Below are positions 9,748 through 19,100 of a stretch of 64,000 nucleotides of DNA, piece by piece. The stretch is from NCBI GenBank assembly GCA_964413095.1, contig CAYPRJ010000001.1, forward strand, positions 6,975 to 70,974, written 5' to 3'. Made by a program: the position numbers and the translations under genes. Under the pieces are notes generated by a model that saw only the letters and a list, made by a program, of their open reading frames with translations, was not told where the DNA came from and ran no database searches. Position 1 is the first letter of the stretch, and each line of letters starts with the position of its first letter. The stretch comes from Candidatus Woesearchaeota archaeon. GTDB taxonomy: Archaea; Nanobdellota; Nanobdellia; Pacearchaeales; GW2011-AR1.

Positions 9748-10930
9748 AAAGCTAAGTTGGAAATTGAATAAAAAAGGGGACAAAATAATCTCTGTTTATT
9801 GGTTTGTAATTTTGTTTATTGTAGTTGCAGCTGTTGTTTATATGGCCTATCTTTTTTATGGAACTCCTTATGATGCAAGAGCTGTTGAAGCAAGAGTTTT
9901 AAAAAATAAAATTGCAGATTGTTTATCTGAAGGAGGATATTTAAAAGAAAAAGTTTTAACAGAAAATTTCAAGGATAATTTTTTAGAGAAATGCGATTTA
10001 AACTTAAATGTTGAGGATGCTTATGGTTGGGAAGATGACCAGTATTATATTAAGGTGAGTTTTTATGAATTTGATAATGATTTTTCAGGTAATTTAGGAA
10101 ATTTAATTGAAGAGATAGAAGTTGGAAATATTAATTTAGTTTCTTATGCCATTCAAGAGCAAAAAGAAAAAAGCAAAAAAGATGAGATGGATACAATTGT
10201 GATTCATTATACAGAAGGTTTTTCTGCCAGAGGAGCAATTGAAACAATAAAAGATAATAATTTAAGTGTGCATTATATGATTGATAGAGATGGAACAATT
10301 ATTTCAAAAGAAAATGCTGATAACTTTTTGGAAGGAGGAGAAAAAGCCTTTGTTGGAGAAGATGAGAGAGGAGCTCATGCTGGATGTTATGATATCAGGA
10401 AAGGAGAAGAAAGAAGAAAATGCACTGAAGAAGATTTTGAAAATTTAAATTCAATTAATAATAGTTGTGATTTATTTGATTTAAACGAGGAAGAAAAATG
10501 TTGTATTCCTAGTTTTAACACGCATTCTATTGGAATAGAGCTTGTAAATCTTGGTTCTAAGTGTAATGAAGAAACTGTTTTAACAGAAAATTATTGCGAG
10601 GATAATGAAGTAGAAATTTGTGGAAAAAAATGGGAGAATTTCACTGCAGAACAAATTAGTTCTTTAATGAATTTAGCTTCAGAAATTGCTTCAAGAAATA
10701 AGATTCCTATTGACAGGGAGCACATAATTGGACATGACGAGATTGCTTTTGGGTTTAAATCAGATCCTGGTCCTGCATTTCCCTGGAAAAGCTTTATAGA
10801 AAATTTGAAAATTAGAGAAACACTAACTCCTAATTTAGAAAGAAGTTTTTATGTTTTAGATAAAAATACTAATGAAAAATATGTAATTAAAATTTTGACA
10901 ATTGTAAGAAAAACAGAAAAAAATGCTTAA
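9737..10930 (+). CDS. Pilin-like protein with inserted N-acetylmuramoyl-L-alanine amidase (Amidase_2/AmpD-like) domain
   Basis: NKKG/DKIISVYWFVILFIVVAAVV; TIVIHYT, SVHYMIDRDG, AHAG, NTHSIGIEL, IIGHDE, KSDPGPAFPW. Confidence 0.9.
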   Translation: MKNKKLSWKLNKKGDKIISVYWFVILFIVVAAVVYMAYLFYGTPYDARAVEARVLKNKIADCLSEGGYLKEKVLTENFKDNFLEKCDLNLNVEDAYGWEDDQYYIKVSFYEFDNDFSGNLGNLIEEIEVGNINLVSYAIQEQKEKSKKDEMDTIVIHYTEGFSARGAIETIKDNNLSVHYMIDRDGTIISKENADNFLEGGEKAFVGEDERGAHAGCYDIRKGEERRKCTEEDFENLNSINNSCDLFDLNEEEKCCIPSFNTHSIGIELVNLGSKCNEETVLTENYCEDNEVEICGKKWENFTAEQISSLMNLASEIASRNKIPIDREHIIGHDEIAFGFKSDPGPAFPWKSFIENLKIRETLTPNLERSFYVLDKNTNEKYVIKILTIVRKTEKNA

Positions 10931-11447
10931 TAAGATTTTAATAAGAAAAAAAGCTCAGATTGGGGAAACTATAACATGGGTAGTTGCAACTATCATTATA
11001 ATTGTTATTCTTGCATTTTCAATTTTTGTTACATCATCATTAACAAAAGGAAAAGGAATTTCAGGAGCAGGGAATGGTAAAGAAATTGGAGTGATTAATG
11101 AAAAAGATTTAATTGCTGCAAAATCTTTATCTAGCTATTTATTGACAAAAGATGCTTCTGGAGAAATTGTTTTTGAGCAGATAAAAACCGAAGGAAATTT
11201 AAATGATTTTAATGGAGAATTAGCTGAGGCAATTTTTGAGGGGCTTTATAGTAAAGATTACTCTCATGTTATTTGGTTTGGAGTGGTTAAAAATGTAGGA
11301 TTATTTAATAATGATTATTTTGGTAGTAGGGGAAAGACAGTACAGCGAAAAGGAGGAGATACAGTTCCTGGATATTATTCTTCTGTTGGTGAAAAATTAA
11401 TGTTAGATGAAAATAAATGGTTGGAATTAATCTTAATGGATGATTAA
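10923..11447 (+). CDS. Type IV pilin-like protein
   Basis: RKKA/QIGETITWVVATIIIIVIL. Confidence 0.8.
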   Translation: MLNKILIRKKAQIGETITWVVATIIIIVILAFSIFVTSSLTKGKGISGAGNGKEIGVINEKDLIAAKSLSSYLLTKDASGEIVFEQIKTEGNLNDFNGELAEAIFEGLYSKDYSHVIWFGVVKNVGLFNNDYFGSRGKTVQRKGGDTVPGYYSSVGEKLMLDENKWLELILMDD

Positions 11448-11793
11448 AATGAGAAAAATCACAAAAAATAAGAAAGCAGATATTCCTGTGACAATTTTAG
11501 TAATTGGTATTGTTGCAGTTTGTGTTTTGGCGATTATAAGTTTTGTAATCTCTGGAAGTTCAAATCAAACAGGAGTCGAAGCTTTTGAAGAAATAGATTC
11601 TTATGTTGAAAAATTTTATTTTTATTTAAATGCTGGTTTTTCAGAAGAGGAAGCTTTGGAAAAAGTTTCTGCAGAAAAAATTTCTGGAAAGAATTTGGAA
11701 ATGAAAATTGAGGAAAATAATTTAATTATAAAAAAATATTATAAAGAAAGAGATGTTGTTTTGGATATTAAATATGCAAAGCCCTTGAAATAA
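11440..11793 (+). CDS. Type IV pilin-like protein
   Basis: NKKA/DIPVTILVIGIVAVCVLAII. Confidence 0.75.
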   Translation: MIKMRKITKNKKADIPVTILVIGIVAVCVLAIISFVISGSSNQTGVEAFEEIDSYVEKFYFYLNAGFSEEEALEKVSAEKISGKNLEMKIEENNLIIKKYYKERDVVLDIKYAKPLK

Positions 11794-11831
11794 TTGGAAA
11801 GTTTTATAAATAAAATATTCTTCAAATATTT

Positions 11832-12323
11832 ATGTTGAATAAAAGAGGTCAGGGTTTAAGCACTAATGCTATAATATTAATTATTTTGGGTGTTGTTGTT
11901 TTAGTTATTTTAATAATAGGATTTACTCTTGGATGGGGAACCTTGAAAGACAGAATAACTGGTGGAGGAAATAATGTTGATGATGTTGTTCAGGAATGTA
12001 GTTCAGCATGCGCTACTTTAAGCAGATATAGTTATTGTTCTGCAAAAAAGGAATTAAAAACAGAAGATGAAACATTAACTAATGTTACTTGTTATTATTT
12101 AGCTGAAAAGCAACCACAATATGGAATTGAAAAATGTTCTGCTTTGAGTTGTGATTATGTGTTTGTAGATGTAGATGTAAATGAAGGAGAGACAATTGAA
12201 GACAAGTGTAAAGATAATGAAGAAAATGCAATTCAGGCATTAAAAGGAGAGACAATTCAGGCCTTAATAGATAATGAATTAATTAGTCATGATTGTCCTG
12301 CACAATCTGAAACTGCTGAATAA
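11832..12323 (+). CDS. Type IV pilin-like protein, Cys-rich head
   Basis: MLNKRG/QGLSTNAIILIILGVVVLVILIIGF; own TTTATAAA box upstream. Confidence 0.85.
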   Translation: MLNKRGQGLSTNAIILIILGVVVLVILIIGFTLGWGTLKDRITGGGNNVDDVVQECSSACATLSRYSYCSAKKELKTEDETLTNVTCYYLAEKQPQYGIEKCSALSCDYVFVDVDVNEGETIEDKCKDNEENAIQALKGETIQALIDNELISHDCPAQSETAE

Positions 12324-12368
12324 ATTAATTTTCTAAAAATATTTAAAGTATTTTTTCTTATTTAAATT

Positions 12369-12479
12369 ATGGATTATAATTCAGGAAGCGACAAGAGGAA
12401 AAAGAGAAAAGATAAGAAAAAAGATAAAAAGAAACACCCTTATAAAAAAGGTGGGAAGAGGAGAACGCAGAAGAAGTAA
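12369..12479 (+). CDS. 36-aa highly basic peptide (not in ORF track)
   Basis: MDYNSGSDKRKKRKDKKKDKKKHPYKKGGKRRTQKK; TTTAAA box upstream. Confidence 0.5.
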   Translation: MDYNSGSDKRKKRKDKKKDKKKHPYKKGGKRRTQKK

Positions 12480-12673
12480 TCTTGTTGAAAATATCTATTA
12501 TCTGCCATTCACTACTCTCCAACCTCCCAATTAGCTGCTCATTATTATTCCAGAAATTTGCTTATTAACTTTAATCAATCAATTTGCGAAGCAGCATTTT
12601 TTCAACTAAAGATTCTGATACACTAATAATTCTAAATACAAAATAATTTAAATAAACCACACATTTTTACTTA

Positions 12674-13522
12674 ATGGAAGAGGTGATTTTTTTAATAATT
12701 TTAGCATTAATCTGGATTATTTTTGCTGTTGTTCAGGATTTAAGAAATAGAGAAATTGCTAATTGGTTAAATTTTTCTTTAATAATTTTTGCCTTGGGGT
12801 TTAGGTTTTTTTATTCTCTGTTTTCTGAAACAGTGAGTTTTTCTTTTTTTTATCAAGGACTTTTAGGTCTGGGAATTTTTTTTGCATTAGGAAACTTGCT
12901 TTATTATAGTAGAATGTTTGCAGGAGGAGATGCAAAACTTATGATTTCTTTAGGGGCTGTGCTTCCTTTTTATAATGTTTTTTTTGACAATCTAAAAAAC
13001 TTTGTATTATTCTTTTTAATCTTTTTAGTTGTTGGTGCTTGTTATGGTTTTATTTCAAGTATTATTGTAACAGTAAAAAACTTTCAACCATTTAAAAAAG
13101 AATTTTCTTCACAAATAAAATCAAGAAAAAAAATATTATATGTTTTGATGGTTTTTGGTTTGGTATTAATGATTTTAGGATTTTTTGAAAATCTTTTTTT
13201 TCTTTTTGGTATTTTTTCTTTTATTTTCCCCTGGTTCTATATCTATGCAAAATCTGTTGATGAAGCATGTATGATTAAAAAAATCGAAGTGAAAAAATTA
13301 AGAGAAGGAGATTGGCTTTATAATAATGTAAAAATTGGGAAGAAGATAATTAAGGCAAAATGGGATGGTTTATCAAAAAAGGAAATCAAGGAGATAAGGA
13401 AGAAAAAGAAAAACGTGAAAATAAGAGAAGGAATTGCTTTTAGTCCTGTTTTTTTAATTAGTTTTATAATTTTGGCTTTATTTTATTTTTTGAAAATAGA
13501 TTTATGGAATTTTATAATTTAA
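12674..13522 (+). CDS. A24 prepilin/preflagellin peptidase (FlaK/PibD-like)
   Basis: QDLRNREIANW and GGDAKL catalytic Asp motifs; multi-TM. Confidence 0.9.
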   Translation: MEEVIFLIILALIWIIFAVVQDLRNREIANWLNFSLIIFALGFRFFYSLFSETVSFSFFYQGLLGLGIFFALGNLLYYSRMFAGGDAKLMISLGAVLPFYNVFFDNLKNFVLFFLIFLVVGACYGFISSIIVTVKNFQPFKKEFSSQIKSRKKILYVLMVFGLVLMILGFFENLFFLFGIFSFIFPWFYIYAKSVDEACMIKKIEVKKLREGDWLYNNVKIGKKIIKAKWDGLSKKEIKEIRKKKKNVKIREGIAFSPVFLISFIILALFYFLKIDLWNFII

Positions 13523-14140
13523 TTAAGGAATTCTCTTTGGCAACCAAATTTTTTCTTTTATTTTTTTAGTTTTAGGTTTTTTTGATTTGTTTTCTCTTTG
13601 TTTGTTTTTTTCTAAATCTTGCTGAAGTTGTTCAAGTTCTTCTGGTTTTGCTTGGTTTCTTTTTGATTCAGGAGTTTCATTGTTATAAATTGGAAGAATA
13701 TTTATTATTTCATGACCAAAAAGATTTGAGGAAAATGTTTTTACTTCTTTTGGTTTAAGTTTTGATTTTATTTTTTTTGTTATTTGTTCTTCTAAGGTTT
13801 TCATTTCTTTTGGTAATTTTTCTGGAGATGAAATATGCTCTTTTGGAACTATAAGTGTATGTCCTTTTGATATTGGATTTATTTCAAGAATTGCTATAGA
13901 CTTTTCATTTTCTTCTATTTTATAGGATTTTGTATCACCAAAAATTATCGAGCAAAAAATACACTGTTGCTGGTTTTGGTTTTTTATCAGGTTATTTTGT
14001 TCTAAGAATTGTTCAAGTTGCTCATTGTTCATTGAATTTACCTGATTTATTGCAGACTCTTTTTTATCTTCAGGAAAAGTAGATTTTATCTGTTGTATTA
14101 TTTCTTCTTTTATTTTAGAAGATTGTTCATCTGATAACAT
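13523..14140 (-). CDS. HIT-family protein with degenerate histidine triad
   Basis: CIFC, INPISKGHTLIVPKEH; HxHxH replaced by HEIIN. Confidence 0.8.
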   Translation of the reverse strand: MLSDEQSSKIKEEIIQQIKSTFPEDKKESAINQVNSMNNEQLEQFLEQNNLIKNQNQQQCIFCSIIFGDTKSYKIEENEKSIAILEINPISKGHTLIVPKEHISSPEKLPKEMKTLEEQITKKIKSKLKPKEVKTFSSNLFGHEIINILPIYNNETPESKRNQAKPEELEQLQQDLEKNKQRENKSKKPKTKKIKEKIWLPKRIP

Positions 14141-14170
14141 AGATTTATATTAAAATTATAATTAATAAAT

Positions 14171-14443
14171 TTATCCAAAAGCTCTTCTCATATCAACAAC
14201 TTCAATAGAATTAATATTTTTGATTTCTTTTAATTTTTCTTCAATTGGTTCTATAGGAGTTTCTTCATCAATATCAAAAGAAGTTATAACTGCTTTTAAT
14301 CCGAATGCTATTGGCTCTTCTTCAAATGAGGTTCTTTTTCCGTTGTTTTTTTCAATTATCTCTTTTGCAGATTTTTTAATATCTTCTAAATCCACTTCTG
14401 GAGAAGACGGCATAATTTTTATTTTAACTAATACTATTCCCAT
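14171..14443 (-). CDS. ef1b: Elongation factor 1-beta
   Basis: EEEPIAFGLKA motif, size. Confidence 0.95.
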   Translation of the reverse strand: MGIVLVKIKIMPSSPEVDLEDIKKSAKEIIEKNNGKRTSFEEEPIAFGLKAVITSFDIDEETPIEPIEEKLKEIKNINSIEVVDMRRAFG

Positions 14444-14488
14444 AATTTTAGTGTAATTTAATGTGTTTATAAGTTTTCTGATGTTTAT

Positions 14489-14652
14489 AGTATCTCTGAT
14501 ACTTATAAATGGTATTCTTATTTTTCAATAACTTGGCTCACTTCATTCGCTATTAATAAATATAATTAATGCTAAAACCAACGAGGATTGCAGTTATTTG
14601 TGGATTAATTTGAGCTGATAGGCGAACTATTTTTCATTCAAAAAAACTCATC
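14489..14652 (+). repeat. Dispersed ~163-bp repeat, inverted copy at 60348-60509
   Basis: Near-identical reverse complement read directly. Confidence 0.9.
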
Positions 14653-14707
14653 GGAGACTAGTTTAGTTTATAATAATACTTAAAAAGATTTAATCTTTTT
14701 TTATTAG

Positions 14708-15655
14708 ATGGCTGATGGAAATTATGAGAGAATTTTGAATAGAATTTCTAAGTCTTCAGGATTAGATAAGGAAGAAGTAGAGAGAAGAGTTGAAGCTAAA
14801 AGAGCAAAACTTTCTGGTCTTATTAGCCACGAAGGAGCTGCGCAGATTATTGCTGCTGAGCTGGGAGTTAATTTTGATAATGAAAGATTGAAGATTAATG
14901 AATTATTACCTGGGATGAAAAAAGTCAATGTTGTTGGAAAAGTTATTAATTTATTTCCTGTAAGAACTTTTGTTAGAAATGGTAAGGAAGGAAAAGTAGC
15001 AAATCTTATTATTGCTGATGAAACTTCAAATATGAAACTTGTTTTATGGGATGTTAATCATATTGAGTTGATTGAAAAAGGAAAAATTGACAAAGGAAGT
15101 GTGATTGAAGCTATTAATGGGGGTGTTAGAGATAATGAAATACATCTGGGTAGTTTTTCTGAATTGAAATTAAGTGATAAGAATTTAGAAGATAAAGATA
15201 TTAAAAAAGAAAAAGTTTACAAAGAAAGAAAAATATTTGATTTCAAAATTTCAAGCAATATCAAAGCAAGAGCTTTTATTGTTCAGGTCTTTGAGCCTAG
15301 ATTTTTTACTGTTTGTCCTGAATGCAAAAGAAAGGTTGTATCAGAAGGAGAAAACTTTGTTTGTTCTGAGCATGGGAAAGTTACTGGAGAAAAAAGAGCA
15401 GTTATGAATGTTATTCTTGATGATGGCAGTGAAACAATTCGTTCAGTTATTTTTCATGATAAATTAAAAGATTTAGGAATTACAGATTTAGAAAATCAAG
15501 AGACATTATCAAAACAAAAACAAGAACTTTTAGGCAAAGAAATGTTTTTTTTCGGAGCTGTTAGGAACAATAATTATTTTAATAATTTGGAATTTATAAT
15601 AGACAAAGCAGAGGAAGTAAATCTTGACGAATTGTTGCAAGAGCTAGAGGGTTAA
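14708..15655 (+). CDS. rpa: Replication protein A (OB folds + Zn finger)
   Basis: IADETSNMKLVLW, CPECKRK...CSEHG, LDDGSETIR. Confidence 0.85.
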   Translation: MADGNYERILNRISKSSGLDKEEVERRVEAKRAKLSGLISHEGAAQIIAAELGVNFDNERLKINELLPGMKKVNVVGKVINLFPVRTFVRNGKEGKVANLIIADETSNMKLVLWDVNHIELIEKGKIDKGSVIEAINGGVRDNEIHLGSFSELKLSDKNLEDKDIKKEKVYKERKIFDFKISSNIKARAFIVQVFEPRFFTVCPECKRKVVSEGENFVCSEHGKVTGEKRAVMNVILDDGSETIRSVIFHDKLKDLGITDLENQETLSKQKQELLGKEMFFFGAVRNNNYFNNLEFIIDKAEEVNLDELLQELEG

Positions 15656-16105
15656 ATGTTAATAAGAACACATTTGGTTATAACTCTTTTTTTTGTTATT
15701 CTTTTTTTATCTAAAGTAGAGAGCAAATTATCTTTTGTTTTAATTGCAGTTATTGCGACAATTATTCCAGACATTGATTCTCCTTTTTCTAAAATAGGAA
15801 AAAGAAAAACTTTGAAAGTTTTGCAGTTTTTTACTAAACATCGTGGAATGATTCATAGTTTTACTTTTCTTTTTTTAATTGTTCTTTTTTTTGCTTTGTT
15901 TTTTCCAGTGATTGCATTGCCTTTTTTCTTAGGATATAGTTTGCATTTAATTGCAGATAGTTTTACAATTAAAGGAATAAAGCCTTTTTATCCTTTGAAA
16001 AGAAGGATTTTTGGAAAAATTAGAACAGGAGGTAGAGTAGAGACAATTATTTTTGTCATTTTTTTGATTGCTGATTTAGTTTTGATTCTTTTAAGGTTTT
16101 TCTAA
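15656..16105 (+). CDS. Membrane metal-dependent hydrolase (YdjM-like)
   Basis: TH, PDID, HRGMIHS, HLIAD motifs. Confidence 0.85.
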   Translation: MLIRTHLVITLFFVILFLSKVESKLSFVLIAVIATIIPDIDSPFSKIGKRKTLKVLQFFTKHRGMIHSFTFLFLIVLFFALFFPVIALPFFLGYSLHLIADSFTIKGIKPFYPLKRRIFGKIRTGGRVETIIFVIFLIADLVLILLRFF

Positions 16106-16158
16106 CATATCTAAAACATCCAAATAATCTTTATAAATAAGAGAAATTTTAATTATTT

Positions 16159-19100
16159 ATGGCTACTAAAAAAGATGTTGAAGAAATTAAGAATGCTGTT
16201 TCTGGAGAGGAGAAGGAGGAAAAAGAGCCTCAGCTTACAGATTTGCCGGGAATTGGTCCTGCAGTAGCAACAAAGCTTGAATCTGCAGGAATATATGATT
16301 TAATGTCTTTAGCTGTTATGGGTCCTGCTGAGTTAGGGAATATTGCTGGTGTTAGTGCTGGTGTTGCAAGAAAAGCTATTCAAGCAGCGCGTAGTATGTT
16401 GAAACTAGGTTTTACAGATGGCTTTGAATATGCACAGAGAAGAGCTAATGTTAATTATATTACTACTGGAAGTAAAAATATTGATAATCTTCTTGGGGGA
16501 AAAGGTGTAGAAAGCAGAGCAGTTACAGAAGCATTTGGAGCTTATGGTTCTGGAAAGTGTGTAAGTAAAGACACTGCGGTTAGTTATTTTAATGATACAA
16601 GGATGCATGTTGAGCAGATACAGGAAACTTACAATAAATACAACAAAAATAATGAGTTTAAGTTTGAGGAAGGATTTGCTGTCCCTGTTTCAAGCGTAAA
16701 GGTTCTTGCTTGGAATAAGGGAAAATTAAAAGTTGCAAGAGCTTCACATTTATATAAGGAAAAAGTAAAGCAGTTATTCTTAGTAAAAACAAAAAGAGGC
16801 AGGGTTTTAAAAGTTACAGGAAAACACAGGATTTTAAGTTTTGATAATGGGGTTAAATGGAAAAAAACATCGGATTTAAAAAAAGGAGACTTAATTGCTT
16901 CTCCAAGAAAATTAGATTTGGTTACAGAAAATATTTATGATGAAGATGATGCTTATTTTTTGGGGTTGTTTGTAGCAGAAGGAACTTCAAATCCTTTTTC
17001 AATTTCAACTGGCTCTGAAAAAATAAAGAATTGGGTTTGCAATTACATAAAAAATAAATTTAGATATGTTCCTCTGGTGAGATATAATCAAAGAGGTGAA
17101 AAACCAGTTTATACAATTTTATCAAAAAATAAAACCCGCGGAATAATGGCTGGACTTGATAAATGCAACTCCTCTAATAAGTTTATTCCTGAAGCTATTT
17201 TTCTTTCAGATGAAAATGTTGTTTCTTCATTTTTAGGAGGATATCTTGATGGAGATGGAGAGGTTTCTAAAACAGATGTCTCTGCGACTACAAAAAGCTC
17301 TAAACTGGCTACACAATTAAGTTATTTGTTTTTAAGATTGGGAATTAGCGTAAGTATTAAAGAAAGAAAAAATGAAAAATATGGAAACTATAAGGTAGTT
17401 AGGGTAAGTGGTGAAGATAGAAAAAGGCTAAAAAATGTTTCTTTTAAGATAAAAAGATTTTCTCCTGATATAAGAAATAGTGCTTATGGCTATCCTCGAA
17501 AAATAATTTCTTTTCTTCACCAACTTTATAAAGAGTGTCTTGGAGGTAATAGGGGAAGATTAAGAAAAGAAGTAGGCAAAAGAAGTTTGGACAGAACTGT
17601 TTATTCTAATTTAATAAACCAATATCAGGGAAAGGTGGTAAATACAAAAACATTTAGAAGAATAGAAGATGTTTTTGAAAAACAGAAAGACAGATTTGTT
17701 CATATTTTAAAGAAACTCGAAGATGAAGAATTTAGCCAGGAAATTTTAAATGAAATCTATCCTAGTTTGCCTTTTGCTTTTAGTTCATTGGCAGAAGATA
17801 TGGGCCTGAAGAAAAAAAGCATAAGAAATTATTATCATAGAAATATTCCTAATTCAAAAAAAGAGATTTTAAAGAATCTTATTTTTAATGAATTAAAAAC
17901 CAGGGTTGATATGATTTACCTGGCTTTGGAAATTATTTCAGAAATAAAGATGTTTAATTGGGATGTTGTGGAGAGTGTTGAAGTTATTGATTATGATGAT
18001 TATGTTTATGACTTTGTTGTTCCAGAGGGGCATTCTTTTATTGGGGGCAATCTTCCTACAATGATGCATAATACTCAGCTTGGTTTAACTCTTGCTGTTA
18101 ATGTTCAATTGCCTGTTGAAAAAGGTGGTGCAAATGGAAAGTGTGTTTTTATTGATACAGAAGGAACTTTCAGACCAGCGCGTATAAAACAAATTGCTGA
18201 AATTTTAGGAGCCAATCAAGAAAAAGTTTTGAAAAATATTTTAGTTGCAAGAGCTTTTAATTCAGATCATCAAATTTTGCTTTTAGAAAAAATCTCTGAA
18301 ATGGTTAAACAAGGAGAACCAATTAAATTATTAATTGTTGATTCTTTAACTGCACATTTTAGAGCAGAGTTTTCAGGAAGAGGACAATTAGCAGACAGGC
18401 AGCAAAAATTGAATAAATATCTTCATAATTTAATGAGGCTTGCTGAACAGCACAATCTTGCAGTTTATGTTACAAATCAAGTAATGGCAAATCCTGCGCA
18501 GATGTTTGGAGATCCTACAACTGCAATTGGGGGGAATATTGTGGGACACGCTTGTTTAACAGGAGATAGTTTAATTCAATTAGCTGATGGAAGTATAAGG
18601 GAAATTAAAAATATTAGTAAGAATAATGTTATTTCTGGAAATTTAAATAAATTAAGCTTTGAACAAGCAGGCTCTGAAAAAACTTTTATCAATCCAGACA
18701 TCAAAAAAATTTACAATATTAAAACAACAAATCAAATAAAGTGTTCTCCTCTCCATAGATTTTTTTCAATAGAAAATTTTTCTATTATTGAAAAAGAAGC
18801 CAAAGATTTGAGAGAGGGGGATTTTATTGCTCATGCAGGAAGAATTGAGATAGGGGGAGAAGAGCAGGAGTTGCCGACTCTAAATTTAAGAAGAATTGGA
18901 AAAATATCTAAAGATGAGGGAAAATTAATTTCAGAGGAGCTTGGAAAAGGAAATATTTCAAGAAATGAAATATGCAAGAAAGTGGGGATAACTTCAAGGC
19001 AGTTTAGAAGGGTTTTAAATCAGTCATATCCTACAAATATTAAAGTTTTTGATGCTTTAAAAAAGCATTTTGCAAATAATCTTCAGTTACAGGTTGTTCC

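Noticed and set aside
4169..10930. Prophage lysis cassette or bacterial contamination as the source of the hydrolases
   Set aside because: No phage structural genes; composition matches the flanks; the amidase is fused in-frame within an archaeal-type pilin overlapping its neighbours (read-level check still advisable)
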